Below the pieces are notes generated by a model. It ran no database searches, had not been told where the DNA came from, and saw only the letters and a program-made list of their open reading frames with translations. The position numbers and the translations under genes were made by a program. A stretch of DNA of 60,785 nt, counting the filler, from Collodictyon triciliatum (taxonomy: Eukaryota): NCBI GenBank assembly GCA_043381765.1. It is 4 parts of 4 records of this genome, joined end to end, with 100 filler letters (N's around TTAATTAATTAA, not from the genome) between each part and the next. Parts side by side here need not be neighbours in the genome. Positions count along the whole stretch, not along the records: positions 1 to 14,634 come from JBHJMP010001793.1; positions 14,735 to 31,366 come from JBHJMP010001794.1; 2 more parts are not named here. One strand, given 5' to 3'. This document shows, in pieces, positions 1 through 14,863 of the stretch (positions within the stretch are counted from its first letter, which is position 1; each line of letters starts with the position of its first letter).

Positions 1-108
1 TATTATTGTTTTTTTATTATTGTTTTTTTATTATTGTTTTTTTATTATTGTTTTTTTATTATTGTTTTTTTATTATTGTTTTTTATTATTGTTTTTTATT
101 ATTGTTAT
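1..108. repeat. (TATTATTGTTTTTT)n-type tandem repeat, probably intronic
   Basis: Tandem unit of about 14 bp read directly from the sequence; followed by (GATTTT/GATTTC)n at about 177-253. Confidence 0.9.
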
Positions 109-298
109 TGTGAGCGCGTGTCCCTATATAAAATATGAAATTCATACACTTCTTGCGACCTTGTATGAATTATTTGGATTTTGATTTTGATTTCGATTTT
201 GATTTCGATTTCGATTTCGATTTCGATTTTGATTTTGATTTTGATTTTGATTTGATATCTCATGTTCCCCTTTGCTTTATGCCCCGCCTTTTCTGTAG

Positions 299-479
299 GC
301 TTGGAATCCATGCGTTTACAAAGGTCGTTGAGAGACACGAGATTGGACGGATCTGCGTGGATTTATTTCGTCGGCTCCAAGCTGTGAAACAAAATGACAG
401 ATACAACCACGTCCAACAGAGGCTGAGGCACATAGTCGACGACTCCAGACACCGGATCTTTGACTCGATGAAACATTAG
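299..479 (+). CDS. Probable terminal exon of a gene beginning upstream of the window; product unknown
   Basis: Pyrimidine tract and TAG acceptor (ttttctgtag|g) at 298; open frame LGIHAFTKVVERHEIGRICVDLF...SMKH* with coding-like composition. Confidence 0.45.
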
Positions 480-764
480 TCCGGAGAAATGCATATTAAG
501 AATAAGCACCAGAAGAAGAAAAGAAAAAAATAAGGAATATATGAAATGTGAGGAATAAAGTGTTTGATGAGCACGTGCATGCATGTCCGATGGATTTAAA
601 TTAAAGATACTGCGAGTGAAATCCACATGCATATATTTGTGTCCTCCTGGATAACCCTCAAAATATATGCAGGATTCTGTAATAACAAGAGAAAGAAAAT
701 AAAAAGAAACCGATAAAGGGATAGACTAAGAAAGAGAGAGTAAGAGTAAGAAATGGCCGCATAA

Positions 765-2792
765 TCACTCCCAGTTGATTTTGCATGAAGGAAACCGAGC
801 ACGAAGCGAAAGGGCGTGAGCCTGTGTGATTTGATTGCAGCCTTCGATGGTCAGCACTCGCAGCGACTTGCACGACACGAGCAGCACAGCCACAGCGGCG
901 TAGGTGACTTTTGACAGCCCGCTGATGTCCAGAGCCGTGAGCTTTTCGCATCGACGACGCAGACAGCGCAGAAATGTATCGCTCAGCTCCTGACAATAGC
1001 ATACACGGATGGTTTCCAGGCTAGAATCCCTCGGAAGGCCTCTTTTCCACCCAGCGTCCGTCAGATTTGCACAGGCGGAGCCATGCAGGAAGCTCAGCTG
1101 CGGACACGCCTGCAGAATCCGTGATAGGCCATCGTCTGTGCACGCTGGAGGGAGATATACATGCCTCAGATCGATGCTCCAGTTTATGTTGGTGAGTGAT
1201 TGTGCTCCTACGCGACTGCACTGGGAAATGTTGATTCTTTGAAAGCCTATCTCGGCCCTTTCATCTTGCTCGCATTTGCCACGGTTGTCTGCATTCAAGT
1301 ACTGCTGCAGTGCTTCTCCAGTGAGTTCTGTACTGTGCGCCAGGTCGAGGTTGCGGAGTCTCGGTGCGAGTTGCTGAATCACCGTAATGAGATTATCGTT
1401 GGCTATGTAGCATACGTCCAAGGTATGAAGCGAGTGGAACTGGATGCGCTGTGAGTCTGGCTGGTGTGATGTGCCGTTTGATTGGCGTGTCTGTGGATTA
1501 TGCGCAAAGGAGATGGTGGGATGGTTTCTCAGTTCAGCGAAATAACCTTTTGCTTGTTTCAGAGATAATGTTTGTAAGGTATGGCCCCGTTCATGAATCA
1601 ATAATTCTAAAATCTGAATTGTAACAGTCAACCCTTCTAAATCCAAATTCTGGAGATAGGGCATGTTTTTCAAAGCACTTGAGAACCACCTATCTTCACT
1701 TGGGTTCAGCTTCTCACAACATGCAAGGCTTAGTGTCTCCAGTCGGTGCCCGTTCTCGAGTCCTCTCAAAGTTTGAAGCCCCGTCCCGCCCAGCTTAAGC
1801 TCTACCAACTCGTCCAGCATCGCGCTGGCAATCTGCCATGTCCTGTCTGTTACATCCACACAGCCAGTCAAGTCGATGGCCACCCATTTCTTGGATGGAA
1901 AACTGTGGGGTGCATTGCCTGGTGAGGGCTTTCCAAGAAAGAGGCAAATCATAAAATCATCAGTTGCGTATGGATTATTGGCCATGCGAAGCCGTGTCAA
2001 TTGCGGCTGCTTGTTAAGGGTACACGCCAGATGCAAGTATGAATCTATCAAGTTGGAGTCAGGAAAACACAACCCCGGGACTGATAAATCCAGCTCCTGT
2101 AGACCATCCCATAGACACCATTGGATAACAGAGGGTCTGCATAAATCCTCTTTGTATAGCTGAGGCAAGGCCTCGGTGATATATATTGTGACCCTTTCTC
2201 TGCTGTCGTCTTCGTTGCGGATGGTGTTTCCAGTAGAGTATTCAGCAGGATGCGAAGGTGAAGAGGGTATGTTTGAGACTGCGTTATAGTTGCCTGAGAT
2301 GCTCCTTCCTTCATCTTGCTTTATTATGTTGCGAGCCACCTGGGCGATGCAGAGCCACTCTAGCGTGGGTGCTGGGGTTGGCAAACTTCCTCGGTCCCCT
2401 CTGATTGGAATGCAATACGGATTTGAGGAAGAGTTTGTAGGCAGTAACACGGTATCTCTGAAGATGTAACTGGCCTCTTGTATTTCCTGCAGTTCTGTCT
2501 CGGAGAGAGTATCCAAATCGTCGGTGAACTCCTGCGTCTGAATGGAATGTTGAAATGCAGTGGAAGTCCCCCAGGTTGCGTCGTGAGTAGGTGGGTACGT
2601 GTTATCCTCTGTAACATAAGGAGGCAAATCCGCTCTCGAAGGGTTGGTATTGTGGGTGTTTTCGTGGTCTCTGCCTCCGCTGTTGGTTTGGTTCCCACTC
2701 CAGAAGTGATCGGGGCGCTGCCTTTGACTTCCTTGATCGTCTACACTGCCGTGATCAGAGTCTTCTTGCCGAACTCTCTTATGTCCACTCAT
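765..2792 (-). CDS. Intronless FBXL/AMN1-type cysteine-containing LRR protein (~675 aa)
   Basis: Long ORF from ATG 2792; C-terminal repeats of the LxxLDLSxCxxLTD type (LETLSLACCEKL, LTALDISGLSKVT, LRVLTIEGCNQIT); disordered N-terminus. Confidence 0.8.
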   Translation of the reverse strand: MSGHKRVRQEDSDHGSVDDQGSQRQRPDHFWSGNQTNSGGRDHENTHNTNPSRADLPPYVTEDNTYPPTHDATWGTSTAFQHSIQTQEFTDDLDTLSETELQEIQEASYIFRDTVLLPTNSSSNPYCIPIRGDRGSLPTPAPTLEWLCIAQVARNIIKQDEGRSISGNYNAVSNIPSSPSHPAEYSTGNTIRNEDDSRERVTIYITEALPQLYKEDLCRPSVIQWCLWDGLQELDLSVPGLCFPDSNLIDSYLHLACTLNKQPQLTRLRMANNPYATDDFMICLFLGKPSPGNAPHSFPSKKWVAIDLTGCVDVTDRTWQIASAMLDELVELKLGGTGLQTLRGLENGHRLETLSLACCEKLNPSEDRWFSSALKNMPYLQNLDLEGLTVTIQILELLIHERGHTLQTLSLKQAKGYFAELRNHPTISFAHNPQTRQSNGTSHQPDSQRIQFHSLHTLDVCYIANDNLITVIQQLAPRLRNLDLAHSTELTGEALQQYLNADNRGKCEQDERAEIGFQRINISQCSRVGAQSLTNINWSIDLRHVYLPPACTDDGLSRILQACPQLSFLHGSACANLTDAGWKRGLPRDSSLETIRVCYCQELSDTFLRCLRRRCEKLTALDISGLSKVTYAAVAVLLVSCKSLRVLTIEGCNQITQAHALSLRARFPSCKINWE

Positions 2793-3384
2793 TAAGCCCA
2801 CCTTTATATAATCTTTCGTGAAGGGCTTTTACTGCGTGTCCGCGTCCTTTTCCTTGTGATCTACTCGGTGTCAAGGCCTGTGCATGGGAGGTGGGAAGAA
2901 GTTTATTGCAAAACAAAAAAAAAAAAAGGAGAAAAGAATGGAAAAAAGGAGAGAAAAAAGGCTAGCAAAAAAAAAAAGAAAAGAAAAAAAGAAACCAAAT
3001 CGTTAAATAGCCCAGGCGTAACAGAGCGAGAGTTTCTCCCCTGCTTCTCCTTTCCTTCCTTCCCTCTCTGCTTTTCTTTCCTCTTCGAACAAGCAGCCAA
3101 CACAGCAAAATGGACACACAGCCGGCTAATAGAATCTGCTTTCGAAATAAAAGCACGGGAGAAAAAGAAAGGGAATTAATCCATGCCTGCGTCTGTTGCC
3201 TTGTTCTCGTGGACATAATGATGAAGACGCCTCCAAAGACCGCCGCGATTGTTTATTCATTGGCAAGAGAAGGAGCAGGAAAAAGAAAGCGAAGAGACAG
3301 AGACATTTCCGCCGAGCAGGCGACTTTTCTCCACTGCGGAATGCGGTGCCCCAGTGAGGCGGGGTGCTTATAAGAGCGATGGCC

Positions 3385-4033
3385 TCAGTCCTGCTTGACC
3401 GGGTGGGAAGGGACACGCACTTGGCGCAGGACGTGGATGGTTTCGATGAGAGCAACAGCCGCCTCGCCGCCTTTGTTGCCGCTCTTTCCGCCGGCGCGAT
3501 CAAAAGCCTGCTCCATCGTGTCTGTGGTGAGGACGCCAAAGGCCATCGGGACAAGCGTCTCGGTCATGGCGGAAAGGATTCCAGACTGCGCCCCGCCTGC
3601 CACGTAGTCGAAGTGTGCCGTGGCTCCGCGAACAACACACCCGAGGCAGATCACGCCGTCGACGTTGCCGCTCTTTGCGAAGCCCTTGGCAACCACAGGG
3701 ATTTCAAAGGCGCCTTTGTTGTGTTGGTGCCCAAGGAGTCTGTTAGTGCGCTTGTGTGCGGGGTGATGAAACAAAGAGCGAAAAGAAAGGCAAGGTTTTT
3801 TTGTGTTCTTTTTGTTGGCTTTTGCTTGGCTTTTGTAGAGGATTCGCAACATGAAAGGGAGTCTTACCAGGAACCCAGGCAACTGTGATGTTGGCTTCGT
3901 CCACACCGTGGCGCTGCAGCGTTTCGATGGCACCAGCGAGAAGCGGCTTTGTGATCAGGTCGTTGAAGCGTGAGACAACGATTCCGACGCGAAGTCCGGT
4001 CCCGATGATACTGCCTGTGATCTCTCTGGGCAT
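3385..4033 (-). CDS. ribH: 6,7-dimethyl-8-ribityllumazine synthase (exons 4033-3868 and 3713-~3385)
   Basis: [37 protein letters not shown] and [24 protein letters not shown] motifs; GT-AG intron 3867-3714 with CTAAC branch point. The exact 3' end is uncertain because of a possible extra donor after VLRQ. Confidence 0.95.
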
Positions 4034-4824
4034 CGTTACCTTGTACCTGGAGGATTGTGCGGTAGGTTTCTAGATTCTTGACTTTTTTTTCTTTTTGCTT
4101 TTCTGCTTTTCTGCTTTTCTGCTTTTCTGCTTTTCTGCTTCTTTGCTTTTTTGCATTTCGTTAGTTTGCACCTAATATCGAATGATTCTGGAAGGAGAAA
4201 CAACTGCGCAGCCTCCTTCCACGCACATTATGACGCAGCAACCAGAGGGAGTAGCAGGCCAAGAGCTCCAGAGCCAAGCGCGATGCGCACCGAGAAAACG
4301 CGCAGTTTGTCGCAGACTCTTGAGGGGCAGCGAGCAAGATGTTTCGTCCGAGGATGCATTCCGTGCCTTTATTCGCCCCTAGTTCTGGGCGAAAGTGGAC
4401 AAGCAGAGGTTGGGAAGCAGAGTCCCTGCCACTACCGAGAGCGAGCGGCGAAAGTGCGGAGAGGAATCGGGCAGAAACAAACAGCGCCGCACAAGTGATA
4501 AGCAGTGGGCTCGAGAAGGAAGAAAAGCGATGATAAAAGAAAAGGTAGATTGAGATCGGAAGAAAGTAAGAGAAGACATGATATCCCATCGTGATAGAAA
4601 ATGAAAGGAAAGATCGTGTTGTGCTATGGCGCGTGATGATGTCTGGCGACTATGATGTAAATATGGTGACTGGCTGACGAATCCGTGGCCGCAGCTTATG
4701 AATCAGCAGCAGAGGCGTCGCCTTCCACGCGGGCCTTCTTGGCTGGCGCGGCATTTGCCTGCTTTGTCACGTATGGCGAATGAGTGGCTGACGGGTTATC
4801 GACTCGACTCACTCATTCATCAAA

Positions 4825-4829
4825 TAATG

Positions 4830-4903
<74 letters not shown>
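4825..4903. repeat. (AAT)n microsatellite; another at ~5438-5532
   Basis: Read directly from the sequence. Confidence 0.95.
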
Positions 4904-4904
<1 letters not shown>

Positions 4905-4922
4905 GAGTCCATCAACACTGCC

Positions 4923-8090
<3,168 letters not shown>

Positions 8091-8833
8091 CTACTTCAGA
8101 GCCATTTATTAAACTTTTGTTGCATTCATTATTTGTCTTGGCTCCGAGGTTGTTGCGTGGCAGAGAGAAGGCAGGCGGGTCGGATGCCTTGATATGTGGG
8201 CGAAACGAGGCCGACTCTGCAGAGTGTGTGCAGTTTGTTGCTCTCTGTGTTTTCTTCACCCAGAAGTATGTGTGTCTTTTGTCTGTGTCTGTATTCTGGG
8301 ATGCTGCTTCCTCTTCCTCCCGTCTGAGTCGGCCTCAGATTCTTGATTCAAAACAGGTGGGCTTTATGGTTGTGTGGCTGTCGCTCTTAATTGTTTTCAA
8401 ATTCCAGACTTTTGAATTATTTCTTGATTCTTACTAATTAATGTGTTGTTTCCAGAAAAAAAAATTTGTTGGTATTGGAAAATGGGGTGTGGGAATGATG
8501 ACGTCGACACCTTCCATTTATGTGGCACCGATTGTGTTGAGACACAATTGTGGTTGTGGTATGCATCCAAAAAAGGATATGTTGGATACACTTGCGTCAG
8601 TTTTGCATGCGTGGATTCTGTTGCATTCCACATCACCTTTGAAATTTCCCCACTTCAATTCGCAAGTGCTACTATGCAACAATATCATTACACATTATAC
8701 TACTTGTATGATTGCGTTCAAGATTAATACATGAAAAAAATAGCTATATAATAATATTTTCCAGATTTGAATGAAACCGGAACCTGCGCCTGAAGTGGAA
8801 GTTATGATTCTCCGATGCCTTTCCTCGTTGGGT

Positions 8834-9998
8834 TTAATTGTGGGTCTTATTCTGTTGCGCGATGTAGTTCATGGCCGACCCGGCGCGGAACCATGAGAGC
8901 TGCTGCTCGCTCATGGTGTGCTGAAGATGCAGATACATTTTCTGGCCGTTGGGCTTTTCGATGATGGCCTCCACAGGTTTGTTTGGTCCCAGCGAGCCAA
9001 TGTGTGGGAGAGACACAAGGTCGGCCGAGTCCACTTTGTCGTAATCGCTCGGGTCGCTGAATGTGACCGGAAGAACTCCTTGCTTTTTCTGGGCGATGGT
9101 GGCAGGGATAAAGACGGTTGCGTAAGTAGTTGGTCGAAAATAGGTATTCTGTTTGCTTATAGTTCAATCTCATAAGATTGTTTTTTTTCTCTCTCCCTCT
9201 TTCAAATAATAATGAATAGCAATAACTGCAATATGTATCTAAAATGGTTACAAGATTTGCTTCGTGGATTCGTGCAAAGCTTCGGGAGATGACAACACGA
9301 CCTCCTAAGTGGCGGGGTTGCTACGGGGATAGAAAACAAAAAAAAAAAAAATAGTGAAACTTCCTTTCGGACAACCATATCCTATAATCCAGCAATATTT
9401 TCACATTTCATTCTCGCTCTCTATCATTCTACATAATACCATCGCAGCATGTTCTCTGGCGCTGCCTTCTCCGTAATTTTCATCAGCTTAGACACCAAGG
9501 TTTTTTTTTTTATTTTCCCGCAGGGATTTTCAGATAAAATGTTAGTCAAACGAGCTGATGGTCAGGATATGGTAGCACGAGGAATGTAAATGAGAGCCGA
9601 AAGTAACATAAGGAAGCTAACCGATAATAATCCATGAGATTCCTGCGCGGAGATAATCCCTGGCAACTGCGGGCACTGTGTCGACTTTTTGCGTCAACTT
9701 ATTCACAATTGCGTTAATCTGTCCTGTAGAGCCCCCGCCATCATAAAGAAGAAAAGACAAAATATCAGTTGGTGTGCATTTTGGAGAGCATAATTTATTT
9801 TTTGAATCGCCTATTCCCTGTATCTTTAAATATGATTATCTGTTCTAACCATTCTCTGCATTTGTGGCTCCAATGAGCAAGTTCTCTGATATGTTATCCA
9901 GATGACCTTTGTACTTTAACCATGGTCCAGCAGCACTGATATGGTCTGTTGTGCATTTTCCTTTCACCTAGGCGAATGAACATGAGAATTAACAGTAA

Positions 9999-10081
<83 letters not shown>

Positions 10082-10167
10082 CCAACAGACCTTTCAATTC
10101 GTTTTTATACAAACGTGAACCACTCAATTTTATTATAAAATCATCAATTCAAATATTTGACAAAAAG

Positions 10168-10210
<43 letters not shown>

Positions 10211-13200
10211 CGAAATAACTAAATAAATACATAAAAATGAGATGAGAGCCAAACCTTTATAAGCACAGACATTCTTTGAAACTTCGCTGCAGAAAATGTG
10301 TCAAAAGGGCTCAACAGTTGAAGGCGGTCGCTCTTCGGGTTGACTGAGACTTGAACGCTCTCCGGCTTTGAAGATGGCTCTTGATAGTAATTCAATCCTG
10401 CTTCATAACCTGCCCAAAGATAGAGACATAGACACTGGGGATGAGTAAAAGCATTTCAACAGGGCAAATCGCACTAATCAACCGCAGAAGGCCCCTAACT
10501 TATTTCTAAATGATTCACATGGACATCAGGCAACCCAAGAAAGGGCAAACACACCTGCTTTCGGAAGCTCCTGACCCACCGGGGTATCAAATACAAAGTC
10601 TTTTCCATCGGCTCCCTTGACCTTATCGCTGGCAGGGTTGAAGTCAAGACGGCCAGAAAAGGCCATTGCAGTGACAACCTACATGTTGTGTTTTTCATAG
10701 CGTTACATCCACACAAGACAACTACATGCTTGAGTAAAAAAAAAATTAATTCCGATTGCACAATCTTTGAATCGAATAAAGGAAAAAAAATTCCGATTGC
10801 ACAGTATCGATATCTAGTAGTATTTAATATATAGTATGAGAATGCCGGTTTCGTTTACTTCAGGGGAGGCGAGGAAGTTGTGGGTCGAGTTATTGCCCTA
10901 TACACATGGAAATTCGCCAGTAATATTTTAGGTATGTAGTACTTTATCAAGGTGTGATAATTTCACTGATATCAGTTTGCCATAAAGGCAAGATTTCCCC
11001 TTTTCCCCAATATAAACTATGCAACAATAGCTGTTTATCAACAAAGAGCGAAAATCATTACGTCATTTCTGCCAGCAAAGTTTCGATTAAATGAAGACAC
11101 GATTGAATTTGGAGTGCCTTTTTTCATATCCGGTCTTTTCCATTGCCCAATGCATGGCCCACAGGCATTAGATAGCATCGTCGCACCGACTTTCACGAAT
11201 AAATCCTTAGAGATAGCATTTATTTGAGCGCATTTTCGCGTAATTGAATGAAATTGGTAGTAAGTTTTTCTTAATTATTGTCTTGAAATTGTAAATAGGT
11301 TAATTTCCGAATATCTCTAGTGAGATTTGGACTATGATAACCAAATACAACACACAAAATGACAAATGAAAAAATTAAAGAAAAAAAGCATACTTGGATA
11401 CCGTCTCTCTCCATTGTGGCACGAATCTGCTCCGAACCAGGAGTGACAAAGAAGGGAACTTTGGTCTTTGTGATGCCGTTCTGGAGGGCTTGCCTATCAT
11501 AGTTTCGTCGAGTTTAAATCATTCATCATATTCGTTAGGTGTGGAAACAATACACAGCGTGAATTCACAGAGTAGTCATTTTGGTAAAAATTCTTTTTGA
11601 TTAGCTCACTCAGCTCCATGCGAAGAAGGAAAAGTAAATTCGCATCATTACGCATATTTGCTCATTGAATTTACTTGACAATCGAGGCGGCTTTGGTAAT
11701 ATCCTCGTAGCTACTGTTGGTGCAGCTGCCAATCAAGGCCGCACTAAGTTCAGCAGGCCATTGATTGCTCTCGATTTTTGATTTTATGGTGGATATTGAA
11801 GTGGAAAGGTCTTGACGAAGAAAAGAAAAGGGGTACTTTAGAGCCGCGGACTTCTCAAGAATTACACGTGTTAAGAGATATAAAAACAAGATACCAGGAG
11901 TAAAAGGTCCGTTCAGGTGGGGCTCCAAAGAACTTTTGGTGTTGCATAAAAATGAAAAAAAAATTGTCATTATTGTGATTGGAAAATGATACATATTCAA
12001 GTCGTTTGATTTTAACATGAGTAATTTAACAGATGATTTTTTGAACGAAAATAGCAAAACAACGGATACAAAATATACCTCAAATCAACTTCAACAATCT
12101 TGTCATATTTGCACCCTTCGTCAGCGGAGAGCAAGTCTACATTACTAATCCAGTTATTTGATTAGCGAAGCAAATACGATTACCATGTTGTATTTCTTCA
12201 TAAACGAACTTCAATTCATATATTAAACATATTGGATTTATTACAATAATAGTAAGAGAATTTTAAATAGAACAAAAAAAAAATTTAAAAAGGAGCTAAT
12301 TTGTACGCTTGTGCAAGAGAAGCCAGCTCTGGGCGATTCGTTGCTGTGAGGTAGCGAGCCATTGCAGGAGAAAACGGGAAAACAGATGTTGTTGCGCCCA
12401 CTTCAGCGCCCATGTTGCAAATTGTGGCCATTCCAGTGCACGAGAGAGTTTGCACACCTACATCAGATAAATGTAGGGTCACCACAAATGGTTATTACTA
12501 ACCATACTTTTCTCTTCTACAGAATTAAGGAATAAAATGTCCGAATAAGAAATGATTAAAGAATCATCACGGAACAAGTTCCCTCGATTCGGAAAGATAC
12601 CATAGTGATGAGTTTTTTTTTTGGAGATAAAGGAAACAGACCAGGGCCAAAATACTCGAGTATGAATCCCGTTCCTCCCTTGGTGGTTAATAAACCAGCA
12701 AGCTTCAGGATGACATCCTAGGTGTGAATATAATGAAAGCTACTTGCATGAGCGCAGATTTTACTTCATAATTGTATCGCATTACGGCACGTAGGCAGGC
12801 TGAATATGTATCTCTAGATCATGATTGTTTTTCGTTTATACTGATAATCGAAGTAGAGAAAAATTTGCTGATCAAGAATACGTTCATTTGCAATACCTTT
12901 GGCGAGGCCCATCCATTCAGATTCCCAGTAAGCTTGACGCCGATAATTTTTGGCCTCTGGGTGGTGTGAGTAATCAGGGGTCTTAATTCGGTCATCAACG
13001 CCAATAACAAAAACGATAATAAAACAACTAAAGAAGAGGAACAGTATACCTTTTTCCTTTGTAGGAATAAATGTTATAAGAAACGTAATTGAATGATAGA
13101 TTCCTTTATTTCGCTAGAATAAAAAATTAATAAATGAAAACCTTCAACTCCCATGGCATCCCTGCCATGACCTCCACAGCGTCTGCTCCACCTACTCCAA

Positions 13201-14565
13201 CAGCAATCTATTTTTTAAAAGATGACTGTGCATTAAAATCATGTGGAAATCTTGAGACATAATGCTCAAATTCGGTCTCATCTCATGAATATCGATAAAC
13301 ATGATGAGTATCCATTAGATAGGGCATTTCTTAATGGGGCATTAAGGTCTAACCATTCCCAGGCCACCAGCGTTTGGAGTATGAGAATCCGTTCCGATCA
13401 TCATTCCGCCAGGAAATGCATAATTCTCGAGAACAATTTGGTGGATAATACCACTAAATGAATACTGATTGAGAAACTAGGGATAGTGATTTCTACAATT
13501 TTGATTATTCTGCACCGTGATCCTAACAAACAAGCACATAAACTAGCAAGAGAAATGTAAACAACTCATCCGCTTGCATATTCCAAACAAAAGGTGGTAA
13601 AGACAAGATAGATAATGAACAGAAGAATAAACCTGCCAGGCTTCCAAAATCCGATGCCGTACTTTTCGCTTGCCGACGACAGAAAATCATACACTTCTTG
13701 ATTCACTTCTTTCGCTTTTTCAACGTCTTTGTAACCTATATTGCCACAAGGTATTTTCATCATATTTTGTTCGGCAATAGTAAACTCTCATTCCGGATCA
13801 AACCGCGGGAGTTGAATAACCCAGCAGGTGGGACATCCCTCATTTCTCTCGCAAAACACATACACATACCTCCGTAGTGAGCCTCTATCAAATGGTCGCA
13901 ATGCACCGTCGTTGGGGCAGCTGTGCGGTCCATCTTGGTCAGCATAAACTGGAGAATGGCTGTTTGAGCAGATGCGTCCTGCATGGCCAGCCGATCTAAA
14001 GCGAATAGGAGCTACCGTGAGAAGATCTTCCTACTTGCTTTGCAGAAGAGATAGCAAACCTGGCCTTAGATACAAGTATGATGTGTCCTTTGTCGGCAGT
14101 TCTTTGGCATTAAACAAGTGTCCATACACGATCTTTTCTGCGTAACTCAGTGCGCCAGGATTCTGTCGCTTGTATGCGGCGACATTTGAGCGCTAAGATT
14201 TTGTCATTCCTCATTAGTGGCTCAACATTATTATCATTATTGTATAATTTTGGAGTTTTGACCCACGCGCAAGGAATGACATGTAAACAAAACAGCAAAA
14301 AGGACTGATAATAAGTAATACACTAAACCACGCTACTATCGGCGACAAGAATAATGCCATCAATCAATATATGCACATAAGCAATACAGTTGACTGAAAA
14401 AGGATATGAGTGAATGAGTGCTTTTGAATGGGTTGAATAGCAAACCATGTTGTTGTATGAGAAGGGGTGGTGAGGTTCAAAGCGGCTGATAGGAGCCGAC
14501 GTGAGCGATCGCAGGCATACAGACCGGAGAATCCCGGTGCGTGGGAACGCTTTGAGCAAGCTCAT
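8834..14565 (-). CDS. ACO2: Mitochondrial aconitase-family protein, fungal Aco2/AcoB (homocitrate dehydratase) type; more than 20 exons
   Basis: Arg/Ser/Leu-rich presequence ([21 protein letters not shown]); motifs [75 protein letters not shown] and [11 protein letters not shown]. Confidence 0.93.
10763..10790 (+). mobile_element. 28-bp poly(A)-tailed micro-insertion with a 13-15 bp TSD, in an aconitase intron
   Basis: ATCTTTGAATCGAATAAAGG+A8 flanked by TTCCGATTGCACA at 10750-10762 and 10791-10803. Confidence 0.85.
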
Positions 14566-14634
14566 ATCCAGGGCCCTGATCAGTCTTTTTTTTTTTTTTA
14601 AAAAAAAAAAGAAAAAAAAAAAAAAAAAAAAAAA

Positions 14635-14734
14635 NNNNNNNNNNNNNNNNNNNNNNNNNNNNNNNNNNNNNNNNNNNNTTAATTAATTAANNNNNNNNNN
14701 NNNNNNNNNNNNNNNNNNNNNNNNNNNNNNNNNN
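14635..14734. other. Artificial assembly spacer N44-TTAATTAATTAA-N44; identical spacers at 31367-31466 and 46080-46179
   Basis: Three identical 100-bp structures containing a six-frame stop cassette. Confidence 0.97.
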
Positions 14735-14863
14735 CAAAAAAAAAAAAAAAAAAAAGATCACGCGGACTCGAGAAAGGCACTCCGCAGGAAAAAAAAAGTG
14801 TTTACCCCAAGAGAAACTGATCCTGCTGATCTTTTTTAGGCCCAGAAAGCTGCAACAAAAGCG

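Noticed and set aside
4161-4589. 142-aa ORF as a signal or transit peptide for ribH
   Set aside because: The apparent splice (4171-4071) joins it out of frame with MPREITG.
10769-10776. GAATCGAA in the micro-insertions matches the antisense tRNA B-box core
   Set aside because: Only an 8-bp match lacking the flanking GG/C and any A-box; insufficient to call a tRNA-derived SINE.
11395-11401. GTATCC donor as a U12-type intron in aconitase
   Set aside because: It reads GTATCCAA, not GTATCCTT, and no TCCTTAAC branch site is seen.
14679-14690. TTAATTAATTAA palindrome present three times
   Set aside because: Always centred in N44 pads; it is an artificial six-frame-stop linker.
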